A program made the position numbers and the translations under genes. The notes below the pieces were generated by a model, which ran no database searches, had not been told where the DNA came from, and saw nothing but the letters and a program-made list of their open reading frames with translations. Source: Anaerobiospirillum sp. (GTDB taxonomy: Bacteria > Pseudomonadota > Gammaproteobacteria > Enterobacterales > Succinivibrionaceae). Taken from it: DNA of 24,000 nt. Positions 12,553-21,985 of this stretch are shown piece by piece. Positions within the stretch are counted from its first letter, which is position 1, and every line of letters starts with the position of its first letter. The DNA lies in contig JARHZF010000143.1 in NCBI GenBank assembly GCA_029258325.1, positions 15,830-39,829 of the forward strand. Reading direction: 5' to 3'.

Positions 12553-14391
12553 TTATTCGCCTTTTTTACCACCTGCAGCACGGAATGCTTTAACTCTATC
12601 CATTTCAGATAAGAATTTCTTTCTAATACGAATAGATTTAGGTGTAACTTCAACTAGTTCATCTTCATTAATAAACTCTAAAGCTTGTTCTAAAGACATA
12701 TGTACAGCTGGAGTTAAAATAATATTATCATCAGAACCTGCAGCACGAACGTTAGTTAATTTCTTGGTCTTTAAACAGTTAACAGTTAAGTCATTGCTTC
12801 TGTTATGTAAACCAATAATTTGACCTTCGTATACTTCCTCACCTGCGTCTACAAATAATCTGCCACGCTCTTGTAAGAACCATAGTGCATAAGGAACTGA
12901 TTTGCCTGTATCATTTGAAATTAATACACCATTTACACGCTCACCAATGTTACCACCTACAAATTCATCATAAGAATCGAAAGTGTGATACATGAGACCT
13001 GTACCTGATGTTAATGTCATGTATAGAGTTTGGAAGCCAATTAAACCACGAGCTGGAATTCTATAGTCTAAACGAACACGACCCTTACCATCTGGATTCA
13101 TATTCTTTAATTGACCTTTACGTTTACCAAGCTCTTCCATTACAGCACCTTGATGCTCTTCATTTAGATCAAGGGTTAGAACTTCATAAGGCTCTTGAAT
13201 TTTTCCATTTTCATCTTTGTGTAAAATAACTTCAGGACGAGATACGCCAAGCTCATAGCCCTCACGTCTCATCTCTTCAATTAATACAGATAGATGTAAT
13301 TCACCACGACCTGATACTTTAAATCTATCAGGTTCATTTGTATTTTCTACACGTAATGCAACATTGTGTACTAATTCTTGACGTAATCTTTCTTCAATAT
13401 TACGTGAAGTAATAAATTTACCTTCTTTACCTGCAAATGGAGAAGTATTTACACAGAAGTTCATAGACACAGTTGGCTCATCTACAGATAGAGCAGGTAG
13501 TGCCTCTGCATTTTGTGGATTACAGATAGTATCTGAAATCTTAAGCTCACCTAAGCCTGTGATTGCAACAATATCACCTGCTGATGCTTCTTCAACCTCA
13601 GTACGTCTTAGACCTAGATAACCTAAAACTTGACCAATTCTGCCTTGTCTTGTTGAACCATCAGCACCAATTACAGTAACAGCCTGATTTGCTTTTACGC
13701 TACCACGAGTAATACGACCAACGCCAATAACACCTACATATGAAGTATAGTCAAGTGATGATATTTGCATTTGGAATGGACCTTCAGTATCAGCCTTTGG
13801 TGCAGATACTTTCTCTACTATAGTCTCAAATAGAGGTTCCATAGTATCACCATGATTATCAGCATCAAGAGATGCCCAACCACTTAAAGCAGATGCATAA
13901 ACAATAGGGAAATCTAATTGCTCATCTGTTGCACCTAAGTTATCAAATAAATCAAATACTTGATCAATTACCCAATCTGGTCTTGCACCAGGTCTATCGC
14001 ATTTATTAATAACAACAATAGGGTTTAAACCTTTTGCAAAAGCTTTTTGTGTTACAAATCTTGTTTGAGGCATAGGACCATCAACTGCATCTACTAAAAG
14101 TAGAACACAGTCAACCATAGACATAACACGTTCAACTTCACCACCAAAATCAGCATGTCCTGGAGTATCTACGATATTGATACGATAGTCTTTCCAATTA
14201 ATAGCTGTATTTTTAGAAAGAATTGTAATGCCACGCTCTTTTTCAATGGCATTTGAGTCCATAACTCTTTCTTGACCTAATTCATTTCTATCTAAAGTAC
14301 CTGATTGGCGAAGAAGTTTATCTACTAAGGTAGTTTTACCATGATCTACGTGTGCTATGATCGCAATATTGCGGATCTTTTGTACATCCAT
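12553..14391 (-). CDS. typA: ribosome-associated translational GTPase TypA/BipA
   Basis: 612 aa. [40 protein letters not shown], and EF-G-like domains. It is full-length relative to E. coli BipA (607 aa) and divergent from glnA, as in enterobacteria. Confidence 0.96.
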   Translation of the reverse strand: MDVQKIRNIAIIAHVDHGKTTLVDKLLRQSGTLDRNELGQERVMDSNAIEKERGITILSKNTAINWKDYRINIVDTPGHADFGGEVERVMSMVDCVLLLVDAVDGPMPQTRFVTQKAFAKGLNPIVVINKCDRPGARPDWVIDQVFDLFDNLGATDEQLDFPIVYASALSGWASLDADNHGDTMEPLFETIVEKVSAPKADTEGPFQMQISSLDYTSYVGVIGVGRITRGSVKANQAVTVIGADGSTRQGRIGQVLGYLGLRRTEVEEASAGDIVAITGLGELKISDTICNPQNAEALPALSVDEPTVSMNFCVNTSPFAGKEGKFITSRNIEERLRQELVHNVALRVENTNEPDRFKVSGRGELHLSVLIEEMRREGYELGVSRPEVILHKDENGKIQEPYEVLTLDLNEEHQGAVMEELGKRKGQLKNMNPDGKGRVRLDYRIPARGLIGFQTLYMTLTSGTGLMYHTFDSYDEFVGGNIGERVNGVLISNDTGKSVPYALWFLQERGRLFVDAGEEVYEGQIIGLHNRSNDLTVNCLKTKKLTNVRAAGSDDNIILTPAVHMSLEQALEFINEDELVEVTPKSIRIRKKFLSEMDRVKAFRAAGGKKGE

Positions 14392-14420
14392 TTAATTTGC
14401 CCTAAAGTATTTCCTTTAAA

Positions 14421-14490
14421 AATAACATATGACTTTAATTAATTTATGTATTAATTAAAAATAGATGAAGTCATATTTATAAGTGTTATT
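14421..14490 (-). other. long imperfect hairpin in the typA 5' region
   Basis: Outer arms are AATAACATATGACTT (14421-14435) and AAGTCATAT...TGTTATT (14468-14476 and 14484-14490). Inner arms are TTAATTAAT (14435-14443) and ATTAATTAA (14450-14458). It lies 30-100 nt upstream of the typA ATG. Confidence 0.3.
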
Positions 14491-14747
14491 TATAATATAA
14501 AGGTATTTTTGAATTATCGAGTATAATGTATTGATTTTAAAAGCTTTAATAAAAATCAATAACAAAACTTTATCACAGTTCGCAATTATAACATTTTTTT
14601 TATGGCAACAAATAAAAATAACTAAAGATAAACTATCTCATCTTTTCCTATTTAATTGAATTTTATTTTCTTTTTTATCATTTTATTTATGGATATTTTT
14701 CTTATAAGAGCTATATAAAAAAGAGCTTTTATGATTTTTTTATTTTT

Positions 14748-14764
14748 TGCACTAAAATGGAAAA
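14748..14764 (+). promoter_or_regulatory. candidate NtrC-binding site upstream of glnA
   Basis: TGCACTAAAATGGAAAA. The left half and spacing match the enterobacterial NtrC consensus TGCACCA-N3-TGGTGCA, while the right half retains only TGG. It shares GCACTAAAAT with the glnL-upstream sites. Confidence 0.45.
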
Positions 14765-14766
14765 TT

Positions 14767-14796
14767 TTGGTTATTATTTAACATACAATTTATAAT
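14767..14796 (+). promoter_or_regulatory. candidate sigma70 promoter of glnA abutting the NtrC-like site
   Basis: TTGGTT (14767-14772), an 18-nt spacer, TATAAT (14791-14796). A second candidate, TTGCTC-N16-TATGAT (14846-14873), lies closer to the gene. AT-rich background makes either uncertain. Confidence 0.3.
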
Positions 14797-14940
14797 AACA
14801 AGTGAAAAAAAGTTTATTAGAAATGTCTTTTTATTTGATAGATATTTGCTCTATTAATTAAAAATACTATGATAAAATTATTATTTGTTTTATAAAAATT
14901 TTATATAAATTTTAAAGCTAAAGGCTACAGGAGTTTTTTT

Positions 14941-16350
14941 ATGTCAGTTACTGATGTATTAGAATTAATTAAAGAAAATGATGTTAAATTTGCAGATCTT
15001 CGATTTACTGACACTAAAGGTAAGGAACAGCATGTTTCTATTCCTGCACGCTTAGTTACTGAAGATTTCTTTACAGAAGGCAAGTTATTTGATGGTTCAT
15101 CAATGAATGGTTGGAAAGGTATTGATAATTCGGATATGCTTTTAAAACCAGATTTAAATACTGTACGTTTAGATCCTTTCTATGCTGATCCTACTATTAT
15201 TATTCGTTGTGATGTTTTAGAAGCAGATACAATGATAGGTTATGATAGAGATCCAAGATCAATTGCTAAAAGAGCAGAGGAATATTTACGTTCAACAGGT
15301 ATTGGTGATGAAGTTCTCCTTGGACCTGAGCTAGAATTCTTTATATTTGATGATGTAAAATTTACAACAAGAATGGGTACATGCATGTATCAAGTTGATG
15401 ACTATGAAGCAGCATGGAACTCAGATAAAACTTATGAAGGTGGTAATAAAGGCCACAGAACAATGGTTAAAGGTGGTTATTTCCCTGTACCTCCTGTTGA
15501 TCCATCACAAGATATTAGATCAGCTATGTGCTTAACTATGGAAGAAATGGGTCTTTTTGTTGAAGCTCATCACCATGAAGTTGCAACATGTGGTCAAAAT
15601 GAAATTGCATGTAAGTTTAATACATTAACTAATAAAGCTGATGAAGTTATGATTTACAAATATGTAGCTCATAACGTAGCAAATCAATATGGTAAGACTG
15701 TTACCTTTATGCCAAAACCAATTTTTGGTGATAATGGCTCTGGTATGCACTGTAATATGTCAATTTCAAAGGGTGGTAAGAACACTTTTGCAGGTAATAT
15801 GTATGGTGGTCTATCTCAAGAAGCTCTATGGTTTATTGGCGGTATTATTAAGCATGCAAAAGCTTTAAATGCTTTTACAAATCCATCAACTAACTCATAT
15901 AAGAGACTAGTTCCTCACTTTGAAGCTCCTGTTATGCTAGCTTATTCTGCATCAAATAGATCTGCATCTATTCGTATTCCTGTTGTTTTAAATCCAAAAA
16001 CAGCTCGTATTGAGGTAAGATTCCCAGACTGTCTTGCAAACCCATACTTAGCATTTGCTGCATTAACAATGGCAGGTCTTGATGGTATTCAAAATAGAAT
16101 TAATCCAGGTGATCCTATGGATAAGAACCTATATGATTTACCACCAGAGGAAGCAGCTTCAATTCCAACAGTAGCAGAGTCTTTAGGTGATGCTTTAAAT
16201 CACTTAGAAGAAGATCATGAATTCTTAATGGAAGGTGGTGTATTCTCAAAAGAAGCTATTGATGCTTATATTGCCCTTAAGAGAGCAGAGGAAGAGAAGG
16301 TAAGAACTATACCTCACCCAGCTGAGTTTGAACTATACTATAGCTTATAA
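14941..16350 (+). CDS. glnA: glutamine synthetase type I
   Basis: 469 aa, the same length as E. coli GlnA and colinear with it: [74 protein letters not shown]. The adenylylation-site context [10 protein letters not shown] is conserved. RBS AGGAG lies 7 nt upstream. Confidence 0.97.
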   Translation: MSVTDVLELIKENDVKFADLRFTDTKGKEQHVSIPARLVTEDFFTEGKLFDGSSMNGWKGIDNSDMLLKPDLNTVRLDPFYADPTIIIRCDVLEADTMIGYDRDPRSIAKRAEEYLRSTGIGDEVLLGPELEFFIFDDVKFTTRMGTCMYQVDDYEAAWNSDKTYEGGNKGHRTMVKGGYFPVPPVDPSQDIRSAMCLTMEEMGLFVEAHHHEVATCGQNEIACKFNTLTNKADEVMIYKYVAHNVANQYGKTVTFMPKPIFGDNGSGMHCNMSISKGGKNTFAGNMYGGLSQEALWFIGGIIKHAKALNAFTNPSTNSYKRLVPHFEAPVMLAYSASNRSASIRIPVVLNPKTARIEVRFPDCLANPYLAFAALTMAGLDGIQNRINPGDPMDKNLYDLPPEEAASIPTVAESLGDALNHLEEDHEFLMEGGVFSKEAIDAYIALKRAEEEKVRTIPHPAEFELYYSL

Positions 16351-16377
16351 TTAAATTTTAATTATTTAAGTAAAATA

Positions 16378-16410
16378 GGGGCATAACTTTTTAGGTTATG
16401 CCTTTTTTAT
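16378..16410 (+). terminator. rho-independent terminator of glnA
   Basis: GGCATAAC (16380-16387), loop TTTTTAG, GTTATGCC (16395-16402), then TTTTTTAT. Confidence 0.85.
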
Positions 16411-16553
16411 AAAGTTTTCAGAGCTTTTATTATCTAAAATTTAACAAGAAAATCTTAAGTTCTTTTAAAATAGAAAAATTTTGTATAATATGAAATTTAA
16501 AAGACTTTATTTTAAATTTTAATAAATAATTGAATATATAAAAGGTATATATT

Positions 16554-17465
16554 GTGCAGGAATTTATAAAGTATTTTATTGTACGAGTAAAAAGAGATGA
16601 AATAGGAATTAATGCCGCTTCATTGTCATTTACTTCTATTTTAGCATTAATACCAGCATTAACCATTGCTTTATCAATTTTCACTATGGTTCCTGCTTTT
16701 GATTCTATAAAAGAAGAATTAACAAATTTTGTAAAAGCTAATTTTGTTCCTGTTTTCTCTGATGCAGTAGCTAAACATATTGAGTTTTTTGTAGCAAAAG
16801 CAGCATCTTTAACTTTAACATCTACACTATTTTTAATAGTTGTATCTTTAATGTTAATTAGAGCTATTGATAAGTCTATAAATAAAATTTGGCGTGGTGG
16901 TAAACGTACACTATCTCAAACTTTTGCTATTTATTGGACTTTATTAACAGTAGGACCTTTAGCTCTTGGTGTTTTATTATGGTTAGGTTCTACCTTTGTA
17001 GCTCAGACTTTGCAATATAAAGAAATAGCTACATTTACTAAATATATTTTTATTTATTTCCCAATCTTTATTGAGGTTGCTATCTTAACTACTATCTATA
17101 TGGTAGTACCAGTTACTTCAGTAAAACTTGTAGATGCAACCTTAGGTGCTGTTGTTACCACTATAGCTTTTGAAATAACTAAAAAGGTATTTGCCACATT
17201 TATTATAAGCTTTTCAGATTATGAAGCTATCTATGGAACACTTGCAGCTTTGCCTGTCTTTATGATGTGGATTTATATAAATTGGTGGCTTGTTCTTTTA
17301 GGTACATTACTTACATCTTTATTACATTCAGCTCGTATTGGTAATCAAGATGAATTACCAGCTTTTATCTCTGTAATTGCAAGTGTAACAGGATCAACAT
17401 TAGGTTCTGATAGTGCAATAAAAATACAAAAGAAGAAAACCTTAAATATAAAGGTTGATAAATAA
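16554..17465 (+). CDS. yihY: YihY/BrkB (formerly Rbn) family inner-membrane protein
   Basis: 303 aa, GTG start, multiple hydrophobic helices. AASLSFTSILALIPAL, INKIWRG...R, YWTLLTVGPL and YGTLAALPVFMMWIYINWWLVLLG follow the YihY family pattern recalled from E. coli (LAYVSLLSLVPL, LNTIWRS, YGVLAVIPILFVWVYWTW). Confidence 0.8.
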   Translation: MQEFIKYFIVRVKRDEIGINAASLSFTSILALIPALTIALSIFTMVPAFDSIKEELTNFVKANFVPVFSDAVAKHIEFFVAKAASLTLTSTLFLIVVSLMLIRAIDKSINKIWRGGKRTLSQTFAIYWTLLTVGPLALGVLLWLGSTFVAQTLQYKEIATFTKYIFIYFPIFIEVAILTTIYMVVPVTSVKLVDATLGAVVTTIAFEITKKVFATFIISFSDYEAIYGTLAALPVFMMWIYINWWLVLLGTLLTSLLHSARIGNQDELPAFISVIASVTGSTLGSDSAIKIQKKKTLNIKVDK

Positions 17466-17471
17466 GAATAA

Positions 17472-17509
17472 AAAAAGAGATGCTTAGTTTTTAACTCGCA
17501 TCTCTTTTT
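17472..17509. terminator. bidirectional terminator between convergent yihY and the AsmA-like gene
   Basis: AAAAAGAGATGC (17472-17483), a 14-nt loop, GCATCTCTTTTT (17498-17509). A-runs and T-runs are present on both sides. Confidence 0.75.
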
Positions 17510-17522
17510 CTTTTTAGATAAA

Positions 17523-19739
17523 TCAAATTATCTCTTTTTTATTTTCATCTAAATTAGTATTGTTAATATTATCTTTTGTTTTCTCTTCTTTATTATCTTC
17601 TTTAGATTTAGGAGGTAGAATTTTACTTTTACTTTCATCCTTATTATCTACATCACTACTTGTTTTTTTATCTGTCTCTTTAGTATCTAAAGTTTTATCA
17701 TCTTTAGCTAAATTTCTATCGCTTTCCTCTTGAAGTTTATCTAAAGCTAAAGATGGACGCATCTCAGAACCTCTTTTTAGAGCTTTAAAGTTATAAATAA
17801 CATCACTATCATTTATATCTTTTTTAAGCTCTACATTAGTAATACTATCTTTACTTTTTGATGTAAAGTTTATAAGACCATCTATAGTGTTGTTATTAAG
17901 AATATACTTTATATTGCCATCAATATTAGATGTAGATGAAATTAAACTTAGCTTATTGTCTATAACACCATTTTCAATATTAGATGTAATAGATAAGTTT
18001 TCGCCACCAAAATCATCATCTCTTAAAAGGAAGATAAGATCTTTAGTATTTGAAATACTATAATTATTAAGTTTACCACCATTAATTAAATCAAGACCAA
18101 ATTTAGATACTAGTATTTGTTTACTGTTTATATCAATTTTTCCAGTAAGATTTTCTTTAAATTTTTTGTAATCATTAGATCTAAGTTCAATATCTAAATT
18201 TATTTGCCCTGCAAATAAATTAGGTAGTAAATTAGAGTTAATTTCAGATAAATTAAAATCATCTGCTTTTATAGATAAATAGGCATTACCTTTATTTAAA
18301 GAAAAATCACCTGTTATTGCTACACTTGATTTTATAAAGGTTAAATCAGGTATTGATACTGTGATTAAATTATCTGTAAGTGTAGTTAAGACAAAGATTT
18401 TTTTTAAGTATAAATCAGAGTATAAAAATGACTTTGCATCAAAGGTAATTAAACCTGCTTTATTACCACTTAGGCTATTATCCTTTATATTTAAATTAGT
18501 TAAAGATAAAGAGAAATCTTTAATGGAGACAGGAAGTTTATTTATAAAAGATAAAAATTCAGCATTTATAATATTAATAGCTTGAATATTAAAATTATAA
18601 TTTTCTGTTTTATCTTTTATATAAGAATAAAGTCTATCATCAAGCTCAATTTTAGTCTTTTCTAAATTTAATTTATATAAATTAAAGGTATTACTATCTT
18701 TTTTGTACTCGCCTATAACATCAAAACGACCTAAAGATACTAGACCTTGAGCAGATATTGTATAACTATCATCAATAAAAGATGCTGTAGTTGTTATATT
18801 GCGTAAAGTTTCTTTTATATCACTTTTAACAACTTCAGATATACTGCCATCAAAATTAAAAGCAATAGTATCAGTTAAAGATAAGTCATTAATATAACCA
18901 TCAATATCTGAAATTAAAAGATTTTTCTTTTTATTTTCATAAATAATATTATTTATCTTTATCTTATCTGCTTTTATATGAAAGTTATCTAAAAATGGTG
19001 TTCTTTCTTTTAAAATAAGATTAGATATGACAGTATTTTTTAATACAACATTATGTGTGTCTATGTCATATTCTAAATTACAAAGAACACTACCACCACT
19101 TATTCTTGCATTTACATCATCAAAGAATAATTTATTGTCAGAACTCTTATAGTTAAAGCTTATACTTTTAAATTTCTCATTAAATAAAGATCCATCTTCA
19201 AAGTGAGCTTGAGCTGATGCTATAGATAAAATATCTTTATAAGTAACGTTATAAAGATTTAAATTAGCTTTTTCTACTTTAAGATTATCTTCATCTATTT
19301 GAATTTCATCAATTCTTATTCTATTTGCTTTAAAACTATTAAAATCTTTTTGTGTGGTTATTAAATTTGTTAATTCCTTTAAGTTATAACTTGGATTTTT
19401 TAAATATAGATATTCAAAATTTAAATCTTTATCAAAGATAAATTTAATTAGATCTAACTCTAAATAAATTTCACCTATTTTTTCATTTTCAATTTTAAAA
19501 TCTTGAATACGTAAAGTTCCAGGATAAAGAGGAGAGAACTCCACTTTATTTAAAGATACTTCTTTATTAATCTTACTTTGAATTAGGTTTGCAAGTGGTT
19601 CTTTTATGGTATTACCATTTAAAAATATAAAACCTGCAAAGATAATTAAAGTAAACAAAGAGCCTATAATTAGTAAAAAGTTATATAAAAGAGTTGCTGT
19701 TTTACTTCTTTTTTTTATAACTTGTCTTCTAAAAGCCAT
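17523..19739 (-). CDS. large N-terminally anchored envelope protein, AsmA/YicH-like
   Basis: 738 aa. It has a basic N-terminus and one TM helix (LLYNFLLIIGSLFTLIIFAGFIFL), followed by a long N/K/I/S/D-rich region that looks beta-rich. The start is 3 nt after the recG stop. E. coli has the AsmA-family gene yicH near recG, and RPSLAL near the C-terminus resembles what I recall of YicH. The last 80 aa or so are a K/D/E/N/T low-complexity tail. The family call is tentative. Confidence 0.5.
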   Translation of the reverse strand: MAFRRQVIKKRSKTATLLYNFLLIIGSLFTLIIFAGFIFLNGNTIKEPLANLIQSKINKEVSLNKVEFSPLYPGTLRIQDFKIENEKIGEIYLELDLIKFIFDKDLNFEYLYLKNPSYNLKELTNLITTQKDFNSFKANRIRIDEIQIDEDNLKVEKANLNLYNVTYKDILSIASAQAHFEDGSLFNEKFKSISFNYKSSDNKLFFDDVNARISGGSVLCNLEYDIDTHNVVLKNTVISNLILKERTPFLDNFHIKADKIKINNIIYENKKKNLLISDIDGYINDLSLTDTIAFNFDGSISEVVKSDIKETLRNITTTASFIDDSYTISAQGLVSLGRFDVIGEYKKDSNTFNLYKLNLEKTKIELDDRLYSYIKDKTENYNFNIQAINIINAEFLSFINKLPVSIKDFSLSLTNLNIKDNSLSGNKAGLITFDAKSFLYSDLYLKKIFVLTTLTDNLITVSIPDLTFIKSSVAITGDFSLNKGNAYLSIKADDFNLSEINSNLLPNLFAGQINLDIELRSNDYKKFKENLTGKIDINSKQILVSKFGLDLINGGKLNNYSISNTKDLIFLLRDDDFGGENLSITSNIENGVIDNKLSLISSTSNIDGNIKYILNNNTIDGLINFTSKSKDSITNVELKKDINDSDVIYNFKALKRGSEMRPSLALDKLQEESDRNLAKDDKTLDTKETDKKTSSDVDNKDESKSKILPPKSKEDNKEEKTKDNINNTNLDENKKEII

Positions 19740-19742
19740 ATA

Positions 19743-21845
19743 CTATGAACTACCTTTATTGACACTATTTATGTATTGAGGAAACCATCTTCTTAAGAAT
19801 TTATCACTAAGATCTTCATCCTTTATAATGGAAAGAGCACTGTTTCTTGCACTTTCAAGAAGCTTATTATCTCTATTTACATCAGCTACTCTAAAGTTTG
19901 TAAAACCAGCTTGTTGTTCACCAAAGATTTCACCAGGACCTCTTAATTCTAAATCTTTAATAGCAATTTCAAAACCATTATTACTATTTTTCATAGTAGA
20001 AAGTCTTTGTATAGCTGTTTCTGTTAAGTTATTGTTTTTATAGGTTAAAATACAAAATGAAGCAACAGAACCACGACCTACACGACCTCTTAATTGATGT
20101 AATTGTGCAAGACCTAAACGATGAGCATTTTCTATAATCATTAAGCTTGCATTAGGTACATCAACACCAACCTCAATAACAGTAGTGGCTACTAAAACCT
20201 GTATCTTATTTGCAAGAAAATCTTGCATAATGGATCTCTTTTGTACATTATTCATTTGACCATGTAACATAGCAACTTTTATATCTGGCATTTGTTGCAT
20301 TAATAGGTCAAACATAGTTTGTACATCAATTAAATCTTCATCTTCGCCTTTTTCAATTAAAGGACATACCCAATAAGCTTGTGCTCCTTCTTTACACTTT
20401 GCTCTAACTCTAGCAATAATTTCATCTCGTCTATCATCACTTATAGTAGCTGTTTGTATAGGTGTTCTATTTTGAGGTAGTTCATCTATAGTTGATACAT
20501 TCATATCTGCATATAAAGCAAGTTGTAATGTTCTTGGAATAGGGGTAGCTGTCATAGATAATTGATGCATAGCAACATTATTACGAGACTTATTAAATAA
20601 GGCTTTTCTTTGATCAATACCAAATCTATGTTGTTCATCAATAATAGCTAAAGCTAAATCATAATACTCAATATCACTTTGAAATACACTATGTGTACCT
20701 ACGATAATATTAGCTCTACCATTTTTAATCATATCCATAGTGTTATTTCTTTCAGTTTTAGATTGACCTGAGTATAAAATAACAGTATTAACTCCAAGAG
20801 GAGCTAGCATTGATTGGAATTTATAATGATGTTGTAGTGCAAGAAGTTCTGTAGGTGCCATAAGTACTGTTTGCTTACGATTTGCATATACTTGTAAAGC
20901 TGCCATCATAGCTATTAATGTTTTACCAGAACCTACATCACCATGTACAAGTCTTTGCATGCCTTTGCTCTTTTGTAAATCAAGACATATCTCTTTAAAA
21001 ACACGCAGTTGTGCATTAGTTGGTTTAAATGGTAGATTTTGCAAAAACATTTGTTGTATACCATCATTATAACGAAGAGCATATGAATCTTTAGTAGAAA
21101 CAAATGAAGAGTATTTTAATAATGATATTTGATATGCAATTAATTCCTCAAAACATAATCTTTTAAAACAATTTTCCTTCTCAATAATCATATTTTCATG
21201 ATCATCATAAGGTTTAGGGTTATGACATTGCTTTATAGCATCAACTAAAGTTAAGTGATATGGATTTAAATCATCACTTAAAATTTCCTCTAAAGGATTA
21301 TTATCAAGAAGTTTTAAAGACTCATTCTCAATTTTACGCATCATGCTTTGAGGTAATTTATCTGTTAAGTGATAAATAGGGCTTAAATGATCTTCAAGCT
21401 TAATTTCCTCATCACGGGCTAAAAATAAAACCTCAGGATGAGATAATTCAAAAGTTTTTGAATACTCATTAAATCTTGAATTACCAAAAAGTAATAAATC
21501 CTTACCCTTTGTAAAGTTTTGAGAAAATGATAAATAGGTATTAAAGAAAGTTACATTAGTTACGCCTGTATCATCTTCAATTGTAACTTGTAAAATATTT
21601 CTTTTAGGTCCTACAAATTTACATGAGACTACTTGTGCCTTGACTAAAATTCCTTTTTTTTCACTTTGTATATCTTTTATCTTAGTTAAGATAGTTTTAT
21701 CTTCATATCTATAAGGTATGTTAAAAAATAAATCAAAAATACTTTTTAATCCTAATTTTTCAGATAGTTTAGAGTAGTACTTAGGTCCCACACCATCTAA
21801 ATCAGATATGAGTTTGTTTTGATAATCGCTATCAGTATTAGACAT
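19743..21845 (-). CDS. recG: ATP-dependent DNA helicase RecG
   Basis: 700 aa. It has an N-terminal wedge/OB region, Walker A GDVGSGKT, motif II IIDEQHRFG, TATPIPRT, and QLHQLRGRVGRG. Confidence 0.95.
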   Translation of the reverse strand: MSNTDSDYQNKLISDLDGVGPKYYSKLSEKLGLKSIFDLFFNIPYRYEDKTILTKIKDIQSEKKGILVKAQVVSCKFVGPKRNILQVTIEDDTGVTNVTFFNTYLSFSQNFTKGKDLLLFGNSRFNEYSKTFELSHPEVLFLARDEEIKLEDHLSPIYHLTDKLPQSMMRKIENESLKLLDNNPLEEILSDDLNPYHLTLVDAIKQCHNPKPYDDHENMIIEKENCFKRLCFEELIAYQISLLKYSSFVSTKDSYALRYNDGIQQMFLQNLPFKPTNAQLRVFKEICLDLQKSKGMQRLVHGDVGSGKTLIAMMAALQVYANRKQTVLMAPTELLALQHHYKFQSMLAPLGVNTVILYSGQSKTERNNTMDMIKNGRANIIVGTHSVFQSDIEYYDLALAIIDEQHRFGIDQRKALFNKSRNNVAMHQLSMTATPIPRTLQLALYADMNVSTIDELPQNRTPIQTATISDDRRDEIIARVRAKCKEGAQAYWVCPLIEKGEDEDLIDVQTMFDLLMQQMPDIKVAMLHGQMNNVQKRSIMQDFLANKIQVLVATTVIEVGVDVPNASLMIIENAHRLGLAQLHQLRGRVGRGSVASFCILTYKNNNLTETAIQRLSTMKNSNNGFEIAIKDLELRGPGEIFGEQQAGFTNFRVADVNRDNKLLESARNSALSIIKDEDLSDKFLRRWFPQYINSVNKGSS

Positions 21846-21916
21846 CTAAGTTGCCTCATTTTGTTATTGTTAAAATTAAAGCATGTAAATACAAGCTATT
21901 TGTCTTTATAGAGATA

Positions 21917-21943
21917 AATCACCTATAGGCTATATAGGTGATT
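21917..21943. repeat. 11-bp-stem palindrome between pssA and recG
   Basis: AATCACCTATA (21917-21927), loop GGCTA, TATAGGTGATT (21933-21943). There is no U-tract on either strand, so it is not a canonical intrinsic terminator. It lies 43 nt after the pssA stop and 72 nt before the recG start. Confidence 0.4.
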
Positions 21944-21985
21944 AAAATACATTGCAATCAAAGTTTTTATAATGTCACGATAAAA

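Noticed and set aside
14573-14577. TCACA half of a CRP site in the typA-glnA spacer. E. coli glnAp1 is CRP-dependent.
   Set aside because: The position where the partner TGTGA should lie reads ACAAA/AAAAC. It is a half-site only, so I do not call it.
14603-14770. Searched for a sigma54 -24/-12 promoter (TGGCAC-N5-TTGC) upstream of glnA. Candidates examined were TGGCAACAAATAAAA (14603), TGGATATTTTTCTTA (14690), TGGAAAATTTTGGTT (14758) and TGGTTATTATTTAAC (14768).
   Set aside because: None has the GC of the -12 element at the required spacing. TTGC at 14846-14849 has TGAT, not TGGC, at the -24 position. I therefore do not call any sigma54 promoter.
14731-14781. 16-codon hydrophobic mini-ORF (MIFLFFALKWKILVII) with a weak AGAG upstream, overlapping the NtrC-like motif.
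   Set aside because: The composition is just poly-T/A translated. It has no conservation evidence and overlaps a more plausible DNA-level signal.
16430-16684. Minus-strand 84-aa ORF spanning the glnA-yihY spacer and the first 130 nt of yihY.
   Set aside because: It overlaps the yihY start on the opposite strand. Its sequence is I/K/F/N-rich, as expected from translating AT-rich non-coding DNA, and it has no SD. It is very likely spurious.
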